Notes under the pieces: generated by a model
Databases searched by the model: none
Told to the model about the DNA's origin: nothing
What the model saw: the letters and a program-made list of their open reading frames with translations, nothing else
Origin: Octopus sinensis
Lineage: Eukaryota
Assembly: GCF_006345805.1 (NCBI RefSeq)
Contig: NC_043012.1
Location: 2,976,001-3,040,000, forward strand
Reading direction: 5' to 3'
Length of the DNA: 64,000 bases
Translations under genes and position numbers: made by a program
Shown: positions 51,470 to 63,009 of the stretch, piece after piece
How positions within the stretch are numbered: position 1 is the stretch's first letter
Layout: each line of letters starts with the position of its first letter

Positions 51470-51840
51470 CTGCTGCATTCACTCAGGGTGTGTTGAACCA
51501 ACTCCAGTCATTGAGTTTACCACATCCCTCATGAATGCTGGCCACACCCAGTGGTCAACTACAGTCGAAGTTGTAATGGATACTGACCTGCTCTTCTACA
51601 GCCAAAGACCATAGATGTGGGTGACCCAGTTGTACTTCCACCCTTTACCATTGCTAGCCATGTCTCCAATTGTCCTACAGCTTGTTTGCACCAGCCTGGG
51701 TGAGGAACTAGGTTGACCGCCCTGTGAATGAATTCCCCCAGATGTTGATGGAGAGTATAGCCAAGCCACCTTAGATGTCTTTTGAGTGGAGTTTGTTGCA
51801 GAAAGTTGATGCAGCAGTCTTGTCTTATTTCAGGATTCAA
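51470..51840 (-). mobile_element. RTE LINE 3' fragment (second family)
   Basis: RHLRWLGYTL...PHPGWCKQAVGQLETWLAMVK...VFGCRR, then in another frame VSITTSTVVDHWVWPAFMRDVVNSMTGVGSTHPE*. Confidence 0.8.
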
Positions 51841-52111
51841 AATGAAGTCTGATTGACAAATACACAGAATTTGACATAGATTGGTTGTAGGTTAGTTACT
51901 TTCAAGGAAAACCTGGATAAAAAAAAAAAAATTCCCTGAGTGTGAGAGTATTGTATATGTCCGGCAAGAAATACAATAGGGATGGCAGTAGAAAGAGGAA
52001 GAGTAGCAGCAAGTGAAGTGAGGGGGAAGAAGAAACAGTGACTAAATATTTAGTTGAGAGTAAGAAGAGCCTATGTTTATGGTCCTTGTGGATCTTTGTA
52101 GACTCGACTAC

Positions 52112-52633
52112 CATGGGCCAGTAGCTATGATGTTGAGGGGCTGTTGGAGGTAGTAAGGTATTGAATTTGAAACAATTAGAAAATAGGTTTTTGTTTAGCA
52201 TCAGCTAAACCTTCAACCAAACTGGTAAAGCATTCCCAGGACCACTTCATATCTATCATGTCTTTTTTTTTCCAAGATAGTATGGCATGATTTGGAAGAG
52301 ATTTTACTGCTATTTTTAGCAGTGCCTATGGCCTTTGTAAACTGGGCTGTCATAGGCCAGTAGCTAGGGTGTTGAGGAGTTGTTGGGTGTCAATAGGATC
52401 TTTGGGTGGGGGAGTAAGGTGTTGAATTTGAAACAATTAGAAAATAGGTTCCTTTGTTTAGCACCTGGTCAACCTTCATCAACCAAACTGGTAATGAAAG
52501 GCATTCCAATCATGATCTTCCTACTGTTTTCATGTCTGCAGGGATCTCAGGACCGCTTGATCCATCATGTATGTCCTTTTCTTTTAAGGTTGTATAATAT
52601 GATTTGAAAGAGATTTTACTGCTATTTCTAGCA
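52112..52633. repeat. Old tandem duplication (about 52112-52322 and 52350-52633)
   Basis: Shared GGCCAGTAGCTA, AGTAAGGT.TTGAATTTGAAACAATTAGAAAATAGGTT, CAACCAAACTGGTAA and GAGATTTTACTGCTATTT.TAGCAG. Confidence 0.8.
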
Positions 52634-52969
52634 GTTCAAGTGACCACATACAGATTCAAGTGGGAGGTATATTTTAGTGGTAGTGGGAGTATCTTTAAAG
52701 TATGGAAGGAAATTAAGAGTGATGAGTTTTGTTGTATAGTAAATTGCCATCTGAGAGATTAGAAAACAGGTTTAGACTGGCATTTAGAAAGTAGGGGGGA
52801 CCCCATCTCTGAACAGTGACATTTTCAATAAAACAAGTCTTGACTTAAATGTCATAAAAGCGTTGTATTATGCTGTAAAAGTCTTATATTTGTGGTATAT
52901 TGCAGATATTGCTCTTTCAAACAGACAGCAGCAACAACAACTATATTATTATCATTATTATTATTATTA

Positions 52970-53022
<53 letters not shown>

Positions 53023-55227
53023 CATTATTATTATTATTATTATTGTTCTTGTTGTTTCTGACAGTGGCACAAAGCCTGAAATTTTGGTAAGCGGAGTAGT
53101 TGACTATATCAACCCCAGTTCTTTACTGGTGCTTTATTTTATTGACCCTGAAGGAATGACAGGCAACATTGACTATGGTGGGTTTTGAACTTGGAATGTA
53201 AAGAGTCAAAAGAAATACTATTATTTTCATTTATTGTTTCTAGTATAGGCTTAGGCCTGAATTGTATGCGAATGATGATCATAATCTCTCTCTCTCTCTC
53301 TCTCTCGCTCTCTCTCTCTCTTTATCATCACTTGACAACCAATGTTGGTGTGTTTATTCCCCCATAACTTAGCAATTCAGCAAAAGAGCTTGATAGAATA
53401 AGTACTAGGCTTACAAAGAATAAGTCCTGGGGTCAATTTGTTCAACTAAAGGTGGTGCTCCAGCATGGCCGCAGTCAAATGACAAACAAATAAAGAATAT
53501 ATATATATATGTATACACACACACACAAGGAGCTTCTTTCAGTTTCTGTTTACCAAATCTACTCACATGGCTTTGATTGGTCAAGGGCTTTATTGGAAGA
53601 CACTTGCCCAAAGTTCCACATGGTGGGATTGAGTCACATGACTGAGAAGCAAGCTTCTTAGTCACTCAGCCATGTCTGCACCCCATGGAATTATTTTATA
53701 TTCTTTTACTCTTTTACTTGTTTCAGTCATTTTGACTACAGTCACACTGGAGCACCGCCTTTTTAGTCGAGCAAATCGCCCCCAGGACTTATTTTTTGTA
53801 AGCCTAGTACTTATTCTATCGGTCTCTTTTGCCGAACTGCTAAGTTGTGTGGACATAAACACACCAGCATCGGTTGTCAAGTGATGTTGCGGGGGGACAA
53901 ATACAGACACACAAACACATACGCACACATACATATATATATATATAACGGGAAGCTTTATGAAAATAGACAAAAAACGAAGGCAGGTGGAAAACAAACA
54001 AACAATTGTATTAGTATGGCGCTCAGGAATATAAATAAAACAATATATATACACACACACACACATATATACGACGGGTTTCTTTCAGTTTCCGTCTACC
54101 AAATCCACTCACAAGGCTTTGGTCGGCCCGAAGCTATAGTAGAAGACACTAGCCCAGGTGCCACGCAGTGGGACTGAACCCGGAACCATGTGGTTGGTAA
54201 GCAAGCTACTTACCACACAGCCACTCCTGCGCCTATCATCATGTTTTTTTTTTCTGAAACTAATAACCTGCACCAATGTCTAGAAAATATCAGCTCTGAT
54301 GAAGCAAACCTATGAGCTGCAGTGTCAGTGAAATGAATAGTTGCACTCCACAGATTTAATCATTTTATCTTTTATCTTTTACTTGTTTCAGTCATTAGGC
54401 TGTGGCCATGCTGTGGCACTGCCTCGAAGAATTTTTTATTTGAATGAATTGACCCCATTACTTTTTATTTTTAAGCTTGATGCTTATTTTGTTGCTCTCA
54501 TTTTACTGAATTGCTAAGTTGCCTGGTTGTAAACTCACCAATGTACTTGTCAGGTGGTGTTGATGGATAAAGACAGACACAAAGACATGCACGTGCACAC
54601 ACACACACACACACATATGTACATATACAACAAGCTTCTTTCAGTTTCCATCTACTAAAATCCACTCAAAGGTTTTGGTCAATCAGGACCTACAGTAGAG
54701 GACACATGCCTATGGGGTCACATAGCCATGCCTGCACCTATCTACACAGCCATACCTCTGCCTTTGTCAGAACCATACTACAAACCCTAATATGTAGATT
54801 GTATTATACAGGGATGCAATATAACAGCCTGGGCATGTAATCTAAAAGATTAGATGGTTTCAAATAAATTAAGACTTCATTGCTTAGACTATAGCTGGAG
54901 TAAATCCAGTGACCTAGTATTTTGCAATACAATGGTACAAATAATAGTTATAGTCTGTGGCTAATGCTTTTGAAAACAGAATGAATGTCACAGTTTCGGT
55001 GTTTTTGAAAATAATACAAATGTCACATAGTTTTTGTTGATCTCTACTGATCTCTGGTTAAGTCTCATAACGTGTCTTTATATAAGAAATCAATGGATTT
55101 TGTAGGACATCAACTTTTAGTTGAGCCTTCAGTTTATTACCGTTACAAACCAGTACGTGCTCACCTATGAACAAATATATACCCAACTGATATCTGATTT
55201 GTTTCTAGCAATATCACTTCTTTTCTC

Positions 55228-55650
55228 AATTGGATAGTGTCTTTATTTAACTGTATAATGATTGTGTAGTATCTTTGTTTCACTGGTATATCTTCATTTA
55301 ACTTTATAGTGATTGGATTCTGTCTTTATTTAACTGCATTGCAATTGGACAATGTCTTTATTTTACTCTATAGTGATTGGATAATGTCATTATTTAACTG
55401 TATAGTGATTGGATAATGTCATTATTTAACTGTATAGTGATTGGATAATGTCTTTATTTAACTGTATAATGATTGGGCTATACCTTTAATTATTTAGTGA
55501 TTGGATAATGTCTATATTTTACTGTATAACATTTACACAATGTCTTTATGTCAGTATATAATAGTTGGATGATGTCTATATTTCACTTTTTAACAATTGC
55601 ATGTCTTTGTTTAACTTGTATAGCATCCTTATTTAACTCTATACTAATTT
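55228..55650. repeat. 32-bp AT-rich minisatellite, roughly a dozen degenerate units
   Basis: Core unit GTGATTGGATAATGTCATTATTTAACTGTATA at 55373 and 55405, with diverging units on both sides. Confidence 0.85.
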
Positions 55651-55705
55651 AACAATGTAAATACTAATGTCCTTACTAAACTGTATCGGTAACATTCTTT
55701 TCCAG

Positions 55706-55738
55706 ACAACACAAGAAGACGAAAGTGGAATTTTACAA
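55706..55738 (+). CDS. Candidate 33-nt coding microexon of an unidentified plus-strand host gene
   Basis: TACTAAT/TACTAAA branch-like motifs, TTCTTTTCCAG acceptor, ACAACACAAGAAGACGAAAGTGGAATTTTACAA, GTTAGT donor; purine-rich, length a multiple of 3, all frames open (TTQEDESGILQ / QHKKTKVEFY / NTRRRKWNFT). Confidence 0.45.
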
Positions 55739-56094
55739 GTTAGTTTCTTGTTTGTTTTTTTTTAATTCTATAGAAATAATTATGTGTCCTTTTAAGCTAT
55801 CATGTTGTGTAGTCCACCACTGTGTGGTGAAAACACCAAGAGCTCTATCTTATTAATTATTCTATTTTTGTTGGTTATTTGTCTAAATCTGTCTAGGTTG
55901 AATAGGGTTCCATATTGAAGCTAGCAAGCCAAACAGGAACCTTTTGTTACTGTATCTCTAATTTCATTTTGAAAATAATAAAGAATTGAAAGAAATTTAG
56001 TGAAATATCTTAGATTTTCAGTACGAAACTGGGGGTTTATTTTTAATAACTGAATCTGGAGAAATGGGTGGTGCCCCCTATGTAGGTCCTCCAA

Positions 56095-56330
56095 GAATGG
56101 AAAGCTTGATGCTGTTAATATTCCATTTAAATACTTGCAGGTCAACAGCTGTAGGAAAGACCTGAGCAAGAGGAAGATAGCAGGAGGATGATATTCTCAG
56201 GAGGAATGACTGGGCGTAGTGTTTAGTGCAGGACTTGGAGATGGGTTGGATACAACAAAAGTGATAAAAGGTGGGGAGACAGGCAGGTCAGGAGTAGCTA
56301 ACTGAAGGAAGTATGGAACCAGCCAAATTC
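56095..56330 (-). mobile_element. 3' end of a CR1/Jockey-group LINE ORF2
   Basis: TKHYAQSFLLR...LAQVFPTAVDLQVFKWNINSIKL resembles the SF..(W)N.LP..VFP..YDL..FK..IN C-terminal motif. Confidence 0.55.
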
Positions 56331-56392
56331 AAGGAACTGAAGCAATAGCAGAAAAGATAGAGTGAAGCAAACAACACATCTATGAGCTAGAG

Positions 56393-56632
56393 CAAAGGTT
56401 CTCAACCATTTTTTTTACCTATGGACCCATTTGATTCCCGTTCTACTCTGATAGATCCTCATAACCATTCAGTGTTTAAAATATCCCTAATGTATTTTTA
56501 TAATTAAATATTATTATGGATTGTATAAAAGAAAATTGTTAAAATATTTTGTGCATTGTAGAAGTATAACCATCTTAATGCAGGTAAATTTTAACTGCAA
56601 AATCTTAAGTGGACCCTAGTTGAGAACCACTG
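56393..56632. mobile_element. hAT (Charlie/Buster-like) MITE, 240 bp, with 8-bp TSD
   Basis: TIRs CAAAGGTTCTCAAC / GTTGAGAACCACTG; perfect TSD AGCTAGAG at 56385-56392 and 56633-56640. Confidence 0.92.
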
Positions 56633-59420
56633 AGCTAGAGGCTAGAATGTATTTGTGACCAAATGCCAATCTGACAAGTGGCCCTTCTGGATGTCTGCAT
56701 CCATAGCAGCAGCACCGACCCTGATGTGGGTGCAGTTCACCACTGTGTGGGCCTTGCTTAAACCTTGCAGAATATCAGCAATTGTTTAGAGCTGAGAGTG
56801 GAAAATTTTGTTCTTATTTTGGCATAAATACTTTTAAGCAGGAGGGTTTTTTTTTTTTAATCTCTCATAGAGCTTAGAGTGGCATCATGTGGAGTGTTAA
56901 TAAAAGGCGTTAACTCATACGATGTATGCTATAATGATTACCCTTATATTTTTTAGTCATGTGAATGTTTTAAGAGTTAGATTTTTGAATTTGTAAATAT
57001 CTGAATGAAAGATTTGTCAATTTTTTTTTTTTTAAAGAAAATTCTTGTAATGAGGGCTTTTCTTCTGAAACATTCATAAGTTTCTTTTAGCATTCTATTA
57101 TGAAGATCTTGCAATAGATAGACACGGTGTTTAGGTCTTTGTTGTATAATGTTGTTTTGTCTTTGTTGTATGATGTTGTTTATTCTTTGTTGTATTATGT
57201 TGTTGCATTGAGATTATATATGAAGTTTTTTTTTTTGTTGTTGTATCTGTTTCATAAAATGTTTTTATGTTGTTTTGTAAATTTCATTTGTTGAAGACAG
57301 GCACTGCTCTGTTTTATGTAATTCAACCATCTATGTTTACTTTTACTGTAAGATGCTAAGCATTCCTGTATAAAATACCAGTGAAGCTGTCCATCAGAGA
57401 GATGTTGTATGTTTGTATATTATGGTTATGCCAGGTTTGAATTCTTTAATAAAATGGTCAAGAGTACAATAATAATATAACCATATAAACCACCTGTCCT
57501 TCATACAATGTACAGTATTATAGGCCCTCAGGTAAGCAAATGCACTGAGGGCCCTGCATGCACACTCACAGCACACATAAATTGGTATTGAGCCCCACTA
57601 GACATGTAAATCCCTAAGTAGCTGGTCAATGTGCCCATGCCTTTGATGACACTGTTAAGTCTACCACCCAACAGTGAGATGTTATACTGTTACTTGGCCA
57701 GTTAGAAATAGCAGCCAAGTTCCCTTGAACCTTTAATAAAGAAGAAAATACACTGGATTGTACAATACAGACAACCTAAATATATATAAAGAGGAGATAA
57801 TTATGGTGGGAATGCTGTGCCTTTGATCTTATGTGTGTTCCCTCAAGGCTCTCTTGAGGCTAATAACAGTTAAAAGATGTCACCCATCCATGTATATCTA
57901 ATCTGTCTTATGCACCCAGCCACATGACTTCATGTTCACTTCTACTGCACTGTATCTTGCAGAGTGTCTTTTACTATATCCCCTGATTAACTAAAGCATT
58001 AAGAGTGTGTTTTGTGAATGGAAACTGAAAGGAGCCTGTTGTGTGTTTGTGCATTTATGTGTAGTGTGTGTGTGTGTGTGTGTTGTTGTTGTCTTGAAAC
58101 AGCGTGCTGATTTTAAAACAAAATCCTCACCATCATACAAGTAGTGTCGTTCATTTGCATCCTTCCATGAAAATATGTCCCAGTTGTTGTGCTCTTCATG
58201 TCCAGAAGAGGACAAGAAGAAATATTACCTTACTTGGGAACAGATAAGGGTTGCCATCGAGAGCATCTGTGTGCCAAAAATCTACTTCAAGCAAGGAAAA
58301 GTGGATGCTAAAACAAGGCTGAAGATGATTTTACACACATATGTATACACACAAACACAAATACTCATTACTCTCTTTACTCCTTTACTTGTTTCAGTCA
58401 TTTGACTGCGGCCATGCTGGAGCACCACCTTTAATCGAGCAACTCGACCCCAGGACTTATTCTTTGTAAGCCCAGTACTTATTCTATCGGTCTCTTTTGC
58501 CGAACCACTAAGTAACAGGGACATAAACACACCAGCATCAGTTGTCAAGCGATATTGGGAGGACAAACACACAAACACACACGCACATATATATATATAC
58601 ATATATACGACGGGCTTCTTTCAGTTTCCGTCAACCAAATCCACTCATAAGGCTTTGGTGGGCCCAAGGTGCCACGTAGTGAGACTGAACCCGGAACCAT
58701 GTGGTTGGTAAGCAAGCTACTTACCACACAGCCACTCCTGCGCCTCTATATATACACACACATATATACATGCACATATACACATGCAAATACATGCACG
58801 TACGCTCATACACACACACATACATGCAAACACTTATATATACACACACATGCACATATATGTGTACACACTGACAAACACACACATGTATACACGCACA
58901 TGTACACGCACATGTACACACACAACACACACACAACACACACACAACACACACACTCATCACATTCTCACATGTCCTTTTTCGAAGCTAATATGATTTG
59001 GATGATACTTCTTGCAGAGGTGTTCCACGGTCAGATCCTCTCCCCAGTGCCAATCCTGGTTTCCCATGAATGCTACATTATTCCACTGGGCTTTTGCATC
59101 TTGAACTACCAAGCTACAAACATATTATATGCAGGATATAAAAAGAAAATTTGTTTGATCAATGCCCAAGCAGTGTCACCGTGAAGACACACAGCGATAA
59201 TCACACACATACATATGCATGCATGCATGCACACATACATGCCTACATAGATACGCAATGAGTAAACAAAAGGTTGGCAGAGCATGTTACTGTTTAATGC
59301 TCATGTAAACACACACAATGGGATTTTGTTTTGTGTGTGTCCGTGTTTTGTTAATTCTTCTTTTTACTAGGTTAACAGGTTCACATGGTTAATGACTTCT
59401 CTGTGAATGTCTTCATATTA

Positions 59421-59812
59421 GGCGCAGGAGTGTCTGTGTGGTATGTAGCTTGCTTACCAGCCACATGGTTCCAGGTTCAGTCCCACTGCGTGGCACCTTG
59501 GGCAAGTGTCTTCTACTATAGCCTCGGGCTGGCCAAAGCCTTGTGTGTGGATTTGGTAGAGGGAAACTGAAAGAAGCCAATCATGTATATGTATATATAT
59601 ATGTGTGTGTGTGTTTGTTCCCCCCCTCCCCAACATCGCTTGACAACCGATGCTGGTGTGTCTATGTCCCCGTAACTTAGCGGTTCAGCAATAAGATACC
59701 GATAGAATAAGTACTAGGCTTACAAAGAATAAATCTTGGGGTCGATTTGCTCGACTGAATGCGGTGCTCCAGCATGGTCGCAGTCAAATGACTGAAACAA
59801 GTAAAAGAGTAA
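59421..59812 (+). mobile_element. Full-length young family A SINE
   Basis: Complete head to tail, CpGs retained. Confidence 0.9.
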
Positions 59813-60799
59813 AGGAGATGTAAACATTTGCACATGCGTACACACACACACACACATGCAAGCATGTCCATGCACACATGTGTATACATGCATACCATAC
59901 GTATTAAATACATACCATGCTCACTCACATAAGTGTACATGTGTGAGATATCTTTATTTTTAACTTGCTTCAGCCATTGGACTGTGGCCATGCTGGGGCA
60001 CCACCTTGAAGGGTTTCAATTGAATTGACCCCGGTACTAGCTTTTTAGTGTCTGGTACTTATTCTATAGGTATCTTTTGCTAAACTGCTAAGCTATAGGG
60101 GCATAAACAAATCAACTCTGGTTGTCAAGAAGTGGCAGGGACAAACACACAGTTTTATTTCAGTTTCTATCTGCCAAATCCACTCACAAGTCTTTGGTCA
60201 GCCTGGGGCTGTAGTAGAAGCCATTCGCCCAAGGTATCGTGTAACAGGACTGACCCTGAAGCCATGTAGTTGGGGAGCAAACTTCTTACCATTCACCCAT
60301 TCTTCCACTTACATTTTATCACAACTTCATATCCATCTGTTTCAACATGGTAGTAAAGTTTCTGAAAGTTCGGATGTTTCCCTATAAATTACAGGAAATA
60401 TTTTGACAGCTGAATGACTAGACTCCCCTGTTTGTGATTTGTGTTTATTTAGGCTCAAAATATTATCAGTCCTTCTTAGCTAAAGAAGGAGCTTCTATAT
60501 TATTAGTCAGCTACTATATTGCTGTAACCAAACAGCTCTGAGAATCTCATTGCTCTTTTTAACCCTTTAACATTCAGGTTTTTCTGTCAAATTCAATAAT
60601 TATTCATTCACATTGTTTTAAAATTAACCATGCATTATCTTGTAGCTTCATGATTTTGGTGATGTGATTGTTTATTTTTAGGATGATATAGTAGAGTAGG
60701 TGTGAAAATCCAGATCTGGCTGGTTTGAGCATAAAACAAGGAAAATATTTGGACATTGATATGGCTGGTTAAAATGCTAAAGAATTAAAATTGAGAAAC

Positions 60800-61005
60800 C
60801 ATGCTTTTTTAAGTGTGGAATTTTCCTGTAGGAGTTGGATACAGAGGGTTTTTTTTAACCAGTATTGGAGGGGTGCTGCTATTTATAGGTGTCAATCATC
60901 GCCAAGCAAACACTATCTTAAAAGAAATCCAGACAGTAGTTGAGAAAGCCAGCAATTGAATATGGCTTAAAAGGAATGACAAAACGTGGCTGGAAGGACA
61001 AAATG
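60800..61005 (+). mobile_element. C-terminal fragment of an RLE-type LINE (HERO-like)
   Basis: WNFPVGVGYRGF (60816-60851), GVNHRQANTILKEIQTVVEKAS and WLKRNDKTW (60963 onward) match the recalled PVEVGCRGF...AERAS.WLWLKR pattern. Confidence 0.65.
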
Positions 61006-61963
61006 TGGCTGTCAAGCAGGTACCTGTTTGCCTTTATGGCAAGTCAAACTTGCATAACTCACCAATTTGAATAGTGGTGATGATCCTAGAATGGAATTAG
61101 GATCGAATACTGGTCAGTCAGTTCAATAGGGGCAGGAGATCACATTAGTGAGTGGAGCCAGTGCACTGTAAAGTCATTGGAGAAGGCATTGTATAGTAGG
61201 TGTGAGAGGCCAGTTTGAACATAAGGCATGTAGAATATTTGAGCTGGATATGGTCAGTTGAAATGCTAAAAGGCTGATCTGAGTTTTTGTCAGCTGACAT
61301 AGGCAAGAAAATACTTTGATGACTTAGAAGAAACTGCAACCCTTTGCAGTTCTTGAGGATTTTTGTTTTATAAAATCTAATTAGTGAGTCTTTGCTAATC
61401 AGTCAAACACCTTGCTGTTAGATTCAGGTTACTTGATTCTGAGATTCTATATTTGCAGTTTGTCTCCATGAACATCTTTATCATCATCATCGTCATCATC
61501 ATCATCTATCAATTTTCCATGCTGGCATGGGTTAGACGGTTTGACAGGAGCTAGAAAGCCAGTGAATTGCATCAATTAAAGAAACAAAAAAAAAACAAAG
61601 TCTCCTACATTCAATTCTAAATTTAATCCTTAAAATGCTAATTTATTCTTCATCATCATCATCATCATCAATTTTTTTAATCCACTTTCTGTGCTGGCTT
61701 GGATTGGATGGGTTTTGCCATGGTTGGAGTCAGACCATTTTCACAATTGTGTATTGTTGATGCCTTTCTGGAGGCATGAACATCACTAATTCAATTGCCT
61801 AACCTTTTACTTTATAAGCCTATATATTTTTAAACTTTTACTTGTGAAACAGGATTATTTGATTTACTAGAAAGAGCAGCTTAACCTCACTGAAATCACA
61901 TTCTACCACATTAAAAAATGGAAGGTGTATTGGATAATGTCATCCAAGATTTAGTGTCTTGAA

Positions 61964-62340
61964 CAGTGGTTCTTAAAAGTTGGGTACATGGCCCCTAAGG
62001 GTTCATATAAGGCAGTGAGCTGGCAGAACCGTTTGGGTGAAATGCTTAGCGGTATTTTGTCTGCCATTACATTCTGAGTACAAATTCTGCCGAGGTTACT
62101 TTGCTTTTCATCCTTTCAAGATTGATAAATTAAGTACCAGTTGAGTACTGGGGGTCAATGTAATCAACTTACCCCCTTCCCCAAAATTTCAGGCCTTGTG
62201 TCTATAGCAGAAAGGATAAGATTTTGTTGTTAAAATTTGTGCAATAAATTGCCCATACTTCTACACTACACAAAATATTTTAACAATTTTTTTAATACAA
62301 TTTCTAAATATTTAATTATAAAAATAGAGTAGGAGTTTTT
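61964..62340 (-). mobile_element. hAT MITE (56393 family) interrupted by a Nin-type SINE and cut off by a TIR element
   Basis: CAGTGGTTCTT end; after the 62010-62217 SINE the body matches the reverse complement of 56470-56610. Confidence 0.7.
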
Positions 62341-62787
62341 GGTGTTACTTTGGTGTGTGATCTACAAGGGAGATTACTTTAGGCTACTTTTTGAATTATT
62401 TTGTACATACTTAGCATTGTAAATGTATGTTTTCAAAATTCTTACTATTTTGATAAGAAAACCATATAATAATTAAAATAGGCATGTAGATCACCCACCA
62501 AAGCTAACTTGCACATGTAGATCACAAGGAAAGTAGCACTAATACAAAGTAAGCCTAAAGTTATCTCCCTTTAAATTGTAGATCACACACAGAAGTGGTA
62601 CCTTTTTCTTAAGAAATGATGTGAATTTAGTGCTGGTTTCTTGTAAAAATGCAACTGCCTTCATCTTGTCACTGATCACATTGTAAAAATCTTTAGTCAA
62701 CATCTTACGAGTTTTCAGAAACTGAAAAGTAAACTAAAAAGTAACCTAAAGTAATCTCCCTTGTAGATCACACACCAAAGTAGCACC
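62341..62787. mobile_element. Unclassified 447-bp MITE with 52-bp TIRs
   Basis: 62341-62392 and 62736-62787 are reverse complements with 2 mismatches; internal partial copies of TGTAGATCAC. Confidence 0.85.
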
Positions 62788-62837
62788 ATTTCTTTTGTTT
62801 ATATGTATATATGAGTGTGTGTGTGTGTGTGTGTATG

Positions 62838-62898
<61 letters not shown>

Positions 62899-62957
62899 TT
62901 TTTGCATAATGAGATAAAAAACCAAGGCTGTATAGATATTAGAGCATTTATAGATAG

Positions 62958-63009
62958 GTCTTACAGCTGTTTCTAGGATATTAATTAATAATACCCCTTC
63001 ATCAGAGAC
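62958..63009 (-). ncRNA. Minimal type I hammerhead ribozyme (Penelope-type) within a ~500-bp PLE terminal-repeat-like segment (about 62896-63400)
   Basis: Minus: GTCT-CTGATGA-AGGGGTATTATTAATTAATATCCT-A-GAAAC-AGCT-GTA^AGAC. Core CUGAUGA and GAAA, stem II, palindromic stem III ACAGCUGU, GUA cleavage triplet and 4-bp stem I GUCU/AGAC. Confidence 0.75.

Noticed and set aside
51834-51890. 57-nt AG/GT-bounded pseudo-exon
   Set aside because: Stops in all frames, the acceptor derives from an antisense RTE relic, and the donor is weak.
54294-54345. CTGATGA...GAAA hammerhead-like strings (also 1554 and 12691)
   Set aside because: No stem II/III pairing or cleavage triplet in register.
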